Part shown: positions 60,201 through 64,000 of the stretch, in pieces | How positions within the stretch are numbered: position 1 is the stretch's first letter | How the letters are laid out: the number at the start of each line of letters is the position of its first letter | Position numbers and translations under genes: made by a program | Source of the DNA: an uncultured Ignavibacteriales bacterium | GTDB taxonomy: Bacteria > Zixibacteria > MSB-5A5 > GN15 > FEB-12 | Assembly: GCA_964371785.1 (NCBI GenBank) | Contig: CAYJOL010000004.1 | Coordinates: 185,588 to 249,587 of the forward strand | Direction: 5' to 3' | DNA: 64,000 nucleotides | Notes under the pieces: model-generated | Seen by the model: only the letters and a program-made list of their open reading frames with translations | The model's database searches: none | What the model was told of the DNA's origin: nothing

Positions 60201-60540
60201 GAATATCAAGGGCAGGTTTGTCGGCATTGCTCAGATTGAGGATAACCTTCCCCTTACCGACTCCCCTGAACACAATCAGATTTCCACTGCTACCCGATGA
60301 CTGCAGCGTGATCGAGTTACTAACAGCATAGGTACCGGGCAGAATATTTACGGTGTCTGCCCGAATTAGAACATTGGCGTGACTCTGATCGCCCTGATCG
60401 ATGGACTGCCAGGCAGTCGCGGGCGTAAGTCCGTCCAACGCATCATCGCCGGTTGGGGAAATATAATAGTTCACTGCCCCGACGTGGGTCGCCAGAAGAA
60501 AAAGGAGTATACTGAGAAGCTGCCTTTTATTCATCGCCAT
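51226..60540 (-). CDS. Giant (3,104 aa) secreted surface protein: signal peptide, two beta-helix units, 8 Big_2-like Ig repeats, about 11 beta-sandwich-like modules, T9SS-type C-terminal sorting domain
   Basis: A single uninterrupted ORF. Signal peptide MAMNKRQLLSILLFLLATHVGAV. See the sub-features for domain evidence. Confidence 0.9.
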   Translation of the reverse strand: MAMNKRQLLSILLFLLATHVGAVNYYISPTGDDALDGLTPATAWQSIDQGDQSHANVLIRADTVNILPGTYAVSNSITLQSSGSSGNLIVFRGVGKGKVILNLSNADKPALDIQGSYLSLAGIEITNTRNDGILLNGHFTIIRQCYIHDIDKIGIHIGGTNNVLVGNVIYASGGDGIKNEDSGSMNRIYNNTIHAANDHGIELKAAVTTDRIFNNIITQNKNRGITGPVQNICGFNNVWGNPGGDYVGVIDSAGGISVLPKFVDTAAGRFDLKVGAQEIDAGTPLGYAFNGAAPDMGAKEKYNVYFVSPVGDDSASGKSTATAWRTISRADSLLFPGDTVHVATGTYADSVIISDAGIANDDRIVYLGVLDSVLLNANGLTTGVRIAGDYISWEQISVSDAGSDNIQITGSGVTVAYCRLNGAGRYGLYSVQPVDLTKNVFAFNGNSGVYEVASGGANVYNNTFYSNQHYGFKTDGGLLSITNDIFQGHDSAGVRAGLLNTVTYSMFFANGATASGGALLGLSCLIKNPQLLDPSGGDFFMAQGSPGIDAGTNVGLPYSGSAPDMGAYESGELISLLITPELDTLYADSTYQFTVIAMDSAGLPANPGSLLWSHTFATGTIDNSGLFTPNQIGSGTIIVKSSINSVKDTSIVMHVVAGSLSNLTVVPSRDTVSADSSLQFAAIGTDSNGNPVTDVGSLTWSVLNGIGSIDPAGLFTPTHAGPGFIRVISDLGSSNISDTISVLPGVPAYIAVSPSVNTMIEDSSYQYSATGYDSDSNLVKSLTDSVTWTTTDPGGSIAPGGMYRAGPNPSPPLFYVIANYGSFRDSGTVAIIPSGALNHIRIETVAGTAVNDSTLSTDNDTTSLYCRGYDSGNNLLGDVSVSWSMLGPDSVGRLGTSDGVSAVLELFTPGTGRVVATYSASVIDSTGVITSESGMPARLAVSPRVDSVSADTSIQFSIDEFDADNNLTSVGVVGTWSVIGNIGTISPTGLFSPTLVGNGRVAFTGLTLADTSDFISVTAGALQEIAISPDTTIVSADSVRQFSVSGFDAHGNSQDPGSLSWSLTSAIGSIDSAGLFDAVTTGTARVVVISALGPIDSSSVLEVEAGRPITMIISPDSAVISTDSTLVFTLGGTDGDGNAVGLGPIDWSTLGGIGDINTDGEFIPLTVGSGGIAAVSEIFGIADTTSSIQVTPGRLMYLSETPDSATVKIGDTLLFSAVGYDGSFNLTDVGTLSWGLRNGKGTIDSSGTFIAGSSGQEYVSASSSIDGVTDTSGAVVIEALSITSIPIGTNAIHPGQSGVEVLAFRLTNDFLRDKDVTSISLRNHSHGVGTEAQILAEIDSIYLYVDRDGDSTLDGFDSLIAVTPFTASPQTLTFPPLRVPAGSGLTFLATIAISSFARDGDSLDVMVLPSSDITTLDGTTIDGPDTVNSLGWCFVDGMVASQISRQHTGTGLISPGDSTYLLMIMDLPRNGYTSDSLQVMTIANAGTATNSDFDSLMLYRDNGNDVWNGPSTETRQGRLTFTGDRWTLSGLQSPLTTSQTRFYIAGRLAGYPVNGATISFFVPRNGIEVASGNDGPIDTAVLPIDTIQIEPIESVGLSIVNVPAGTLIPGSVTAPLLVFNLVNNYTSGTELDSLTVTVTATDASGATQLQLDSQIDSLYLYSDNDDNNQAIGGTDSLMAKATVLNGRATFATSGFAFEGTGITRTLSIVAFMSLTNSKNGNRISLSLQDSTDLFFNLPIRTEASYPLINSASSLIDAFPAAAVAIRAIESSPLFGGQSRKIVLDFTLPSNGYSPAVLNELTIANIGTLDEVDALSSIALFADRTGDGFTSDDSLLGAFTASGSNWSISKLACSIPLPGRRFFVVVNVLDKQFNVGTIKIQIPAEGVKYASGTIGPDDTGVSNPNELVVFPSDRVTAFAIPQSSSSLPPGSDENVLLTFALYNGFVSQPQDLDAIRLTNSSHTASSRAYSDYELGSISLYMDTDNDRVFGGDSLVATGSFVDGLLNLNGLNQILPPESLAYFFVVGDVPLDVIDSDSLRLQVSSNIDLTFTPAATVNGDFPLTGGGYLVADGSISIQYTKLAQKARSVSPGDTSITLARFVPAPNGSLTDDITSITVSNRGDADSSDISNMELWLDLNGDDAWQSSDSMIGAFNFDAGLWSVSSLDLMVSTPVPALMIVADIASAANAARTIDLMLPVNGCIYASDNDGPRDAAMSIGGQFTISTSSLRVAYALGGATYSVGQSIPLHLIVTNLLDSAVDGVSGLIVGLSDSSVVTLDSGFAGPVNLGAGESTDFTFYYRAARVGRVSWQLRATAPSLGEYSVIIQTDEITVQSSPSQMMIQFANSIPPSVNRGQTNVFPLNIRIVQPDTTSTTAMVKTDSVTLTVETDGGVPCPASNVFSRMVLLSGYQTLAVIDSVPSQSSVTFRFDSPIVYLPGVQKNLSLLVDIDSSATVASFDMVLSVASDLICVDNNTGLTVPYEAGTSFPMRTATCRVDDPSQEMMVAWTNLLSGAVNFGQRNVAVEQLNLRHPGAPGTSQIQLSSISLLFRDEYGTPVSPGDLFETVRIMRRQTIMGEQVTFDVDSTRLHLTLSSPITLSPGNEDSLSICVDVSAVPVIAGFSLEITDSTAFIVRDLSSGSLINSASDTATLATGQAFPITSSVAHFKQPAESPLICLTPMLPVSVVAGVDSLTLMRLNFSYPVDSGFSSVRIRYMVVDCLDSVGKPLYPNDMFDRIGYRMNGGSIAYQQFILLYNGAAKFIFSDTGVVVTPGSDITLDLMADIEVMVPFDNFKLVLGSAETIGTVDCTDTIRTVSTVVDASCGGQYPLATSTTSIYRPAGRPSVSPVQLPVQVVSRGQQSVRLFESDLTYSSPILQGNVALNRVTGSLLRHTSSVYAPARASDLLNSISLMVDGQVVAVDSLLQGDSIVFVLASPSIIERGSSKTLQIVGDIRSDADQGNFEVIISDSSCLEMSDQYLLTAIYPSLVEGTYPVRGIEVSVASEGLEQSFVNYPNPFNPSRGEQTAISFVLPEDAYVDIDLFSITGDFVGTIADHEFRVAGAHQSDHWSGINDAGREVLPGTYFCRITAHYTSGKSESFRRKVAVLR
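51229..51528 (-). other. T9SS type-A / FlgD-Ig-like C-terminal sorting domain of the giant protein
   Basis: FVNYPNPFNPSRGEQTAISFVLPEDAYVDIDLFSITGDFV...LPGTYFCRITAHYTSGKSESFRRKVAVLR. Confidence 0.8.
51556..53865 (-). repeat. About five further degenerate modules of the same general type without Asp-rich loops, aa ~2226-2995
   Basis: Recurrent module openings include GQSIPLHLIVTNL, NRGQTNVFPLNIRI, NFGQRNVAVEQLNLRH, VAGVDSLTLMRLNFSY and SRGQQSVRLFESDLTY. Boundaries are approximate. Confidence 0.4.
53866..56694 (-). repeat. Three tandem copies of a ~318-aa double module (A+B) with Asp-rich loops, aa ~1283-2225
   Basis: A-type loops are IDSIYLYVDRDGDSTLDGFDSLIA, IDSLYLYSDNDDNNQAIGGTDSLMA and LGSISLYMDTDNDRVFGGDSLVA. 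B-type loops are FDSLMLYRDNGNDVWNG, LSSIALFADRTGDGFTSDDSLLGAF and ISNMELWLDLNGDDAWQSSDSMIGAF. B modules end in ASGNDGPIDTAV, ASGTIGPDDTGV and ASDNDGPRDAAM. Module starts recur every 315-320 aa. Confidence 0.7.
56701..58827 (-). repeat. Eight tandem Big_2-like (bacterial Ig-like group 2) repeats of about 88 aa, aa ~572-1280
   Basis: The recurrent pattern is (I/L)xVSPxxxT(V/I)xADSxxQFxAxGxDxxGNxxxxxGxLxWSxxxxIG(S/T)IDxxGLFxxxxxGxxxV. An example is LTVVPSRDTVSADSSLQFAAIGTDSNGNPVTDVGSLTWSVLNGIGSIDPAGLFTPTHAGPGFIRV. Confidence 0.8.
58831..60471 (-). other. Two tandem right-handed beta-helix (pectin-lyase-fold / DUF1565-like) units, aa ~24-570
   Basis: YYISPTGDDALDGLTPATAWQSI...ILPGTYAV and YFVSPVGDDSASGKSTATAWRTI...ATGTYADS caps are followed by N/G-rich helical turns. 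Each unit ends with IDAGT...APDMGA(K/Y)E. Confidence 0.7.
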
Positions 60541-60877
60541 GTTTAGTGATTCCCGGTCAATGAATTAATTGTCGGAAAGTCGCTTGCCGAATTAAGCTCT
60601 TTGCTCGAATTGCTTCCGGACGAAGAATCAACCCGGGTAAAAAGAGGTCGCCTGTTTCAGAGTGAAACGAAACTTGCCGAAAACGTTCTGACTTAACCGG
60701 GCGGATGTAGATTAGCCTTGTTCGGTCAGTTCAGGTGGATACGGTAACCCCGCTTTCGCGCTTTCCCCTGAGTTTAAGCTTGCCTATCGCCCAGTCTCGA
60801 TACTAATTCATTAGCATAGGCAACCAGGAATCACATAAATTCGGCCAGCGCACCAAACGTTAAAGTGGAGGATAACT

Positions 60878-61342
60878 ATGTCCATGATGAAAGAATTCAA
60901 AGAATTCGCCATGCGGGGCAATGTAGTCGACATGGCGGTTGGTATCATCATCGGAGCGGCCTTCGGAACAATCGTAAAGTCTCTGGTAAGCGATGTCATC
61001 ATGCCTCCGATTGGACTGCTTCTGGGCAATGTCGATTTTTCGAACCTCTTTGTCGTGCTGAAACATGGAGCGGCCGCCGGTCCATACTTGACTGTAGCAG
61101 ACGCTAACGCGGCCGGTGCCGTAACACTGAACTATGGCATGTTCATAAATACGATCATCAGCTTCCTGATCGTGGCTTTCGCAATCTTCATGCTCATTAA
61201 GAATCTCAACCGGTTCAAAGCTAAACAGGAAGCACCAACGCCGGAACCCCCGGCTACACGTGAGTGTCCGTACTGCCTGTCGGCCATCCCGCTGAAGGCT
61301 AAACGATGCTCTCACTGTACCTCTGAAGTAACGCCAGTCTGA
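60878..61342 (+). CDS. mscL: Large-conductance mechanosensitive channel MscL with a C-terminal CxxC...CxxC zinc-ribbon-like tail
   Basis: GGAGGA Shine-Dalgarno, then [46 protein letters not shown] (canonical MscL TM1). TM2 is [19 protein letters not shown]. The tail is [24 protein letters not shown]. Confidence 0.9.
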   Translation: MSMMKEFKEFAMRGNVVDMAVGIIIGAAFGTIVKSLVSDVIMPPIGLLLGNVDFSNLFVVLKHGAAAGPYLTVADANAAGAVTLNYGMFINTIISFLIVAFAIFMLIKNLNRFKAKQEAPTPEPPATRECPYCLSAIPLKAKRCSHCTSEVTPV

Positions 61343-61366
61343 GCGTTGCATACCTCCGTAAAATAC

Positions 61367-61393
61367 GACGGGCGGTCAAGCTGACCGCCCGTC
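61367..61393. terminator. Perfect 11-bp stem hairpin between convergent mscL and CBS genes (terminator candidate)
   Basis: gacgggcggtc-aagct-gaccgcccgtc, read directly, with a modest T-rich tail (tgcgtcttcatttg). Confidence 0.55.
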
Positions 61394-61439
61394 TGCGTCT
61401 TCATTTGTTAATAGGGGAACCTGGGAACAAATCGCACGA

Positions 61440-61898
61440 TCAGGTGTCGGCTGAACGGTCGCGGCTATGAAGTCCGTTCATGTACATGCTCAAGTACCGA
61501 TTCTCAATGTCTGTCGAGGCGGCAAGAGTCTTGATAATGTCCCTTAAAGACACCAGACCGACCAGCCGATTATTCTCGACAATCGGCACATGCCGAATCC
61601 AGTTCTTCTCCATCATGCCTGCGATGTAGCTGATATCATCACTTGGTAAGCCGACAATTACGTCTGAAGTCATTACATCAATTACCCGGAGGCGGTGATA
61701 ATCCCCCTTCACCTCGTGAATCTTTCTGAAAATGTCTTTGTCGCTGACAATTCCTGTAAGTGCCCCCGTGTCATCGACAACGGGTAGGCAGCCGATCCCA
61801 TTGGCGATCAGCAGTTCCATCGCTTCGTCGACCGAAGCCGCGGGGCGCGTGGTGATAATCTGGTGGGGCTTGGTCTTGAGAAGGGTCTTTACTAACAT
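61440..61898 (-). CDS. CBS-domain pair protein
   Basis: 152 aa with two CBS motifs (IGCLPVVDDTGALTGIVSDKDIF; IRHVPIVENNRLVGLVSLRDII). Confidence 0.8.
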   Translation of the reverse strand: MLVKTLLKTKPHQIITTRPAASVDEAMELLIANGIGCLPVVDDTGALTGIVSDKDIFRKIHEVKGDYHRLRVIDVMTSDVIVGLPSDDISYIAGMMEKNWIRHVPIVENNRLVGLVSLRDIIKTLAASTDIENRYLSMYMNGLHSRDRSADT

Positions 61899-62018
61899 AA
61901 TCCGGCCCTTTCTGATTTGACATTTATTTGATGTCTCAAGACACCGCAGTGCTAGTGATAATATAGACGATAATGTCCCGCTTTACAAGTCAAATCGACT
62001 CCGTCGTGTTGCGTCGTC

Positions 62019-63056
62019 TCAAACGTGGTTCCGCAGCATCAGCTCTTTCGGATGAGGATTCAGATAGATCTGCTCTTTGATATATTCGACATTGTGCTTG
62101 TCGACGTAGTGCCTGACTAGAGTGATCGGTACGATCAGCGGCACCAGACCACGGTGGTAATCGTCAATAACCTGAATAATGTCTTTCTTTTCCCCGGCGC
62201 TGAGCTGCTTTTTCAGATAGCCCAGAATGTGTTGAAGCACGTTGACATTCTTCTTTACCGTCGAAATGACCGCCAGCCCTTCCATCAGCAACTGGCCGTA
62301 TTTTTCGCGCAATTCCCCCGGAGCGTACTTACGGACGTCGGCCACCAGTTGCCCCAGCAGTTTGTAGTGTTTAACGCTGTGGGACATGAGCAGATACTTG
62401 TGCTGAGTATGGAACACTACCAGCCGGCCCGCGGAGTATTGATTCTTATAGAGCTGTTGGAGGCGATGAAAAGTGAAAACGCGTACGATGAAGTTTTCTC
62501 TGAGGCGCGGGTCATTGAGTCGCCCTTCCTCCTCAACCGGCATTTGGGGATGCTGTCGAATCAACGACGCCGCATACAGCCCCACTCCCTTTCGTTCGGC
62601 CGCGCCTGATTCGTTGAACACCTTCACCCGCATCATGCCGCAGGACGGTGAGTCTTTTTTCAGGATGTACCCGCAGAGGTTGGAGAAATCTCGTTTAGCC
62701 ACCCGACTCTCGGCATAAGCGTTCATCTGGGCTGTCCAATCGACGCCTGACTTATTGCCAACCATCTGCGGTGACTCGATACTTCCAACCAACCGCACGG
62801 CTTCTCTTGGAATGCCCATCCCCACTTCTACTTCGGGGCAAATCGGCACAAACGTGAAATACTCCCCGAGTACATCGGTGATGAACCGGTCGTGCTTGTG
62901 CCCCGCGTCATATCGGACCTTCTGGCCGAGCAGACAGGTGGATATGCCTAGTCGGATGATCTCGGCACGGTCTTTTCTTTGGGTCACTCTCAAATACTCC
63001 CGAACACTCAAGTTTCGCACCGAAAGGTGCGCTAACTCACGCTGGAACGCAACCAC
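62019..63056 (-). CDS. DUF523 (TudS/YbbK-like) fused to a DUF1722 (YbgA-like) domain protein
   Basis: RLGISTCLLGQKVRYDAGHK...FVPICPEVEVGMGIPRE is DUF523-like. The C-terminal half (FHRLQQLY...HILGYLKK...YLNPHPKELMLRNHV) is DUF1722-like. The true start may be internal to the track ORF. Confidence 0.7.
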   Translation of the reverse strand: MVAFQRELAHLSVRNLSVREYLRVTQRKDRAEIIRLGISTCLLGQKVRYDAGHKHDRFITDVLGEYFTFVPICPEVEVGMGIPREAVRLVGSIESPQMVGNKSGVDWTAQMNAYAESRVAKRDFSNLCGYILKKDSPSCGMMRVKVFNESGAAERKGVGLYAASLIRQHPQMPVEEEGRLNDPRLRENFIVRVFTFHRLQQLYKNQYSAGRLVVFHTQHKYLLMSHSVKHYKLLGQLVADVRKYAPGELREKYGQLLMEGLAVISTVKKNVNVLQHILGYLKKQLSAGEKKDIIQVIDDYHRGLVPLIVPITLVRHYVDKHNVEYIKEQIYLNPHPKELMLRNHV

Positions 63057-63424
63057 TGAGTATGTATACGCCCAAAAACCCGATTTCTAGCCGAATATTT
63101 GGTGTCCTGAAGACTCCTTTTTCAAGTTACCTGACTTTGTCAGTCCGCAGAGTTCCAATCGGCATACTCACTCATACTCAATATCTACTCAAAATTGTCT
63201 CATCGTGCGGTCGATGGGGACTGCCGATGAACTAAATAGAAATTATAAAGAAAACCCGTCGGTGCGAGTTCGGGGCGAGAAGATGGGCTAGGTAGGGGCT
63301 AAAGGGGGGCACGACCGGCGACAAAGACAACTTGCGGTCGCAGAATAACTGGCGGGTTTCTTTTTTAAATCGGCCGAAATGGAATCTTCGGTTAATCTCT
63401 TTTCAATACCTTCTCTATAAATTA

Positions 63425-63451
63425 CGGGCCGGCCTCATAGGTGTCGGCCCG
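63425..63451 (-). terminator. Hairpin terminator candidate 29 nt downstream of the DUF2207-like gene
   Basis: cgggccg-(13 nt loop)-cggcccg. On the minus strand it is followed by TAATTTAT. Confidence 0.4.
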
Positions 63452-63479
63452 TAGTATTTTGAGGCCGAAGGCGACGGGT

Positions 63480-64000
63480 TTACCAGCTACCGCCACCACC
63501 GCCACCGAATCCCCCGCCGGAAAAGCCGCCGCCACCACTTCTGCCAGACGCACCACTTCCACGCGGGGCCGAAAACATCGCGGTACCGAGTGTGGAGGTC
63601 ACATTTCCCAACGATCGACCGAAGGCCACCGGATTGAATATCTGGGTCGAATATGGGGCAACGTACCATGCTGGAGGCGCCGCGGACTCCGCAAAAACAT
63701 CCGCAAACGCCTTTGACCAATGATCGACCACATCCAGCGCTATTGCGTACGGCATATACTTATAGAAAACTTCCGGACCCATCCGCTGCAGACGGTCCTT
63801 GTCGGCCCGATTCATGAATTCCTGGAATCCGTGAATGCCTTCGTTGGCCAGCGCTCCCTCGCGCGTTTTGGCCGGCATCGCTCCCGCAAAAAGCACGACA
63901 ATAAGCCCCGACAATCCGAACATGATAATCGACTTCACGACCGAATCAGGTGTAAGGATCAGCGACGCAAAGACTCCGAAAATGATAATCACTACACCGA
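63480..64000 (-). CDS. DUF2207-family membrane protein, C-terminal part (5' end beyond window)
   Basis: TM helices are followed by GIHGFQEFMNRADKDRLQ...FYKYMPYAIALDVVDHWSKAF and a Gly-rich tail GGGGFSGGGFGGGGGGSW, as I recall for DUF2207 C-termini. The reading frame is open to nt 64000. Confidence 0.65.
   Translation of the reverse strand, partial: GVVIIIFGVFASLILTPDSVVKSIIMFGLSGLIVVLFAGAMPAKTREGALANEGIHGFQEFMNRADKDRLQRMGPEVFYKYMPYAIALDVVDHWSKAFADVFAESAAPPAWYVAPYSTQIFNPVAFGRSLGNVTSTLGTAMFSAPRGSGASGRSGGGGFSGGGFGGGGGGSW

Noticed and set aside
63250-63366. Long-range pairing AAACCCG (63252-58) with CGGGTTT (63353-59), flanked by an A-run and a T6 run, enclosing a CGACCG/CGGTCG hairpin and a G-rich stretch. 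It looked like a possible orphan sRNA or structured RNA in the 423-bp spacer.
   Set aside because: On the minus strand the same structure, together with the hairpin at 63425-63451, sits just downstream of the DUF2207-like gene and is followed by a T-rich tract. Tandem or bidirectional terminators explain it. There is no covariation or promoter evidence for a separate RNA.
1-64000. Scan of all intergenic regions over 90 bp for tRNA-like cloverleaf ends, rRNA, CRISPR repeat-spacer periodicity, IS inverted repeats or transposases, integrases, toxin-antitoxin pairs and known defence genes.
   Set aside because: Nothing convincing was seen by eye. No direct repeats of CRISPR length, no DDE, tyrosine or serine recombinase motifs, and no tRNA-like sequences were found. 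A proper tRNAscan, Infernal or CRISPR-finder run would be needed to exclude small RNA genes.

Overview
The 64-kb window is chromosomal-looking bacterial DNA with about 47 protein-coding genes. I found no rRNA, tRNA, CRISPR array, transposase or integrase by eye. Three proteins end in an NYPNPFNP-type C-terminal sorting domain (T9SS type-A / FlgD-Ig-like). This suggests, by inference only, an uncultivated FCB-superphylum or related candidate-phylum organism.

Gene content from start to end:
- 5'-truncated beta-helix exoprotein
- EmrA/EmrB/TolC-type efflux operon
- frameshifted TraR/DksA-zinc-finger::PP2C phosphatase gene
- DEAD-box helicase
- lipoprotein, small secreted protein and PflX-like radical SAM gene
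- typA/bipA
- DCC oxidoreductase
- secreted M16 peptidase pair, PNGase F homologue with sorting domain, and DUF885 plus POT peptide transporter
- MocR regulator divergent from an aminotransferase
- MFS, methyltransferase, DinB and NAD-binding genes
- MshEN-like/pseudo-receiver/DUF4388 protein
- imuA-imuB-dnaE2 mutagenesis cassette
- SDR, aromatic amino-acid decarboxylase, DNRLRE lipoprotein, CPBP protease and small wHTH gene
- mscL with a zinc-ribbon tail, CBS pair, DUF523-DUF1722 and a partial DUF2207 gene

The most unusual locus is a 15.7-kb run of six overlapping minus-strand genes at 44826-60540. It encodes a 3,104-aa surface protein (beta-helix, 8 Big_2-like repeats, a triplicated Asp-rich double module, and the sorting domain). 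The next gene is coupled to it by an ATGA overlap and encodes an outer-membrane beta-barrel::TPR fusion. These are followed by a HAMP-PP2C phosphatase, a STAS::RsbW-like kinase fusion, a stand-alone STAS protein and a soluble GAF/PAS histidine kinase. No sigma factor or response regulator is present in the run.

All functional calls rest on motif recognition in the translated ORFs. No database search was possible.
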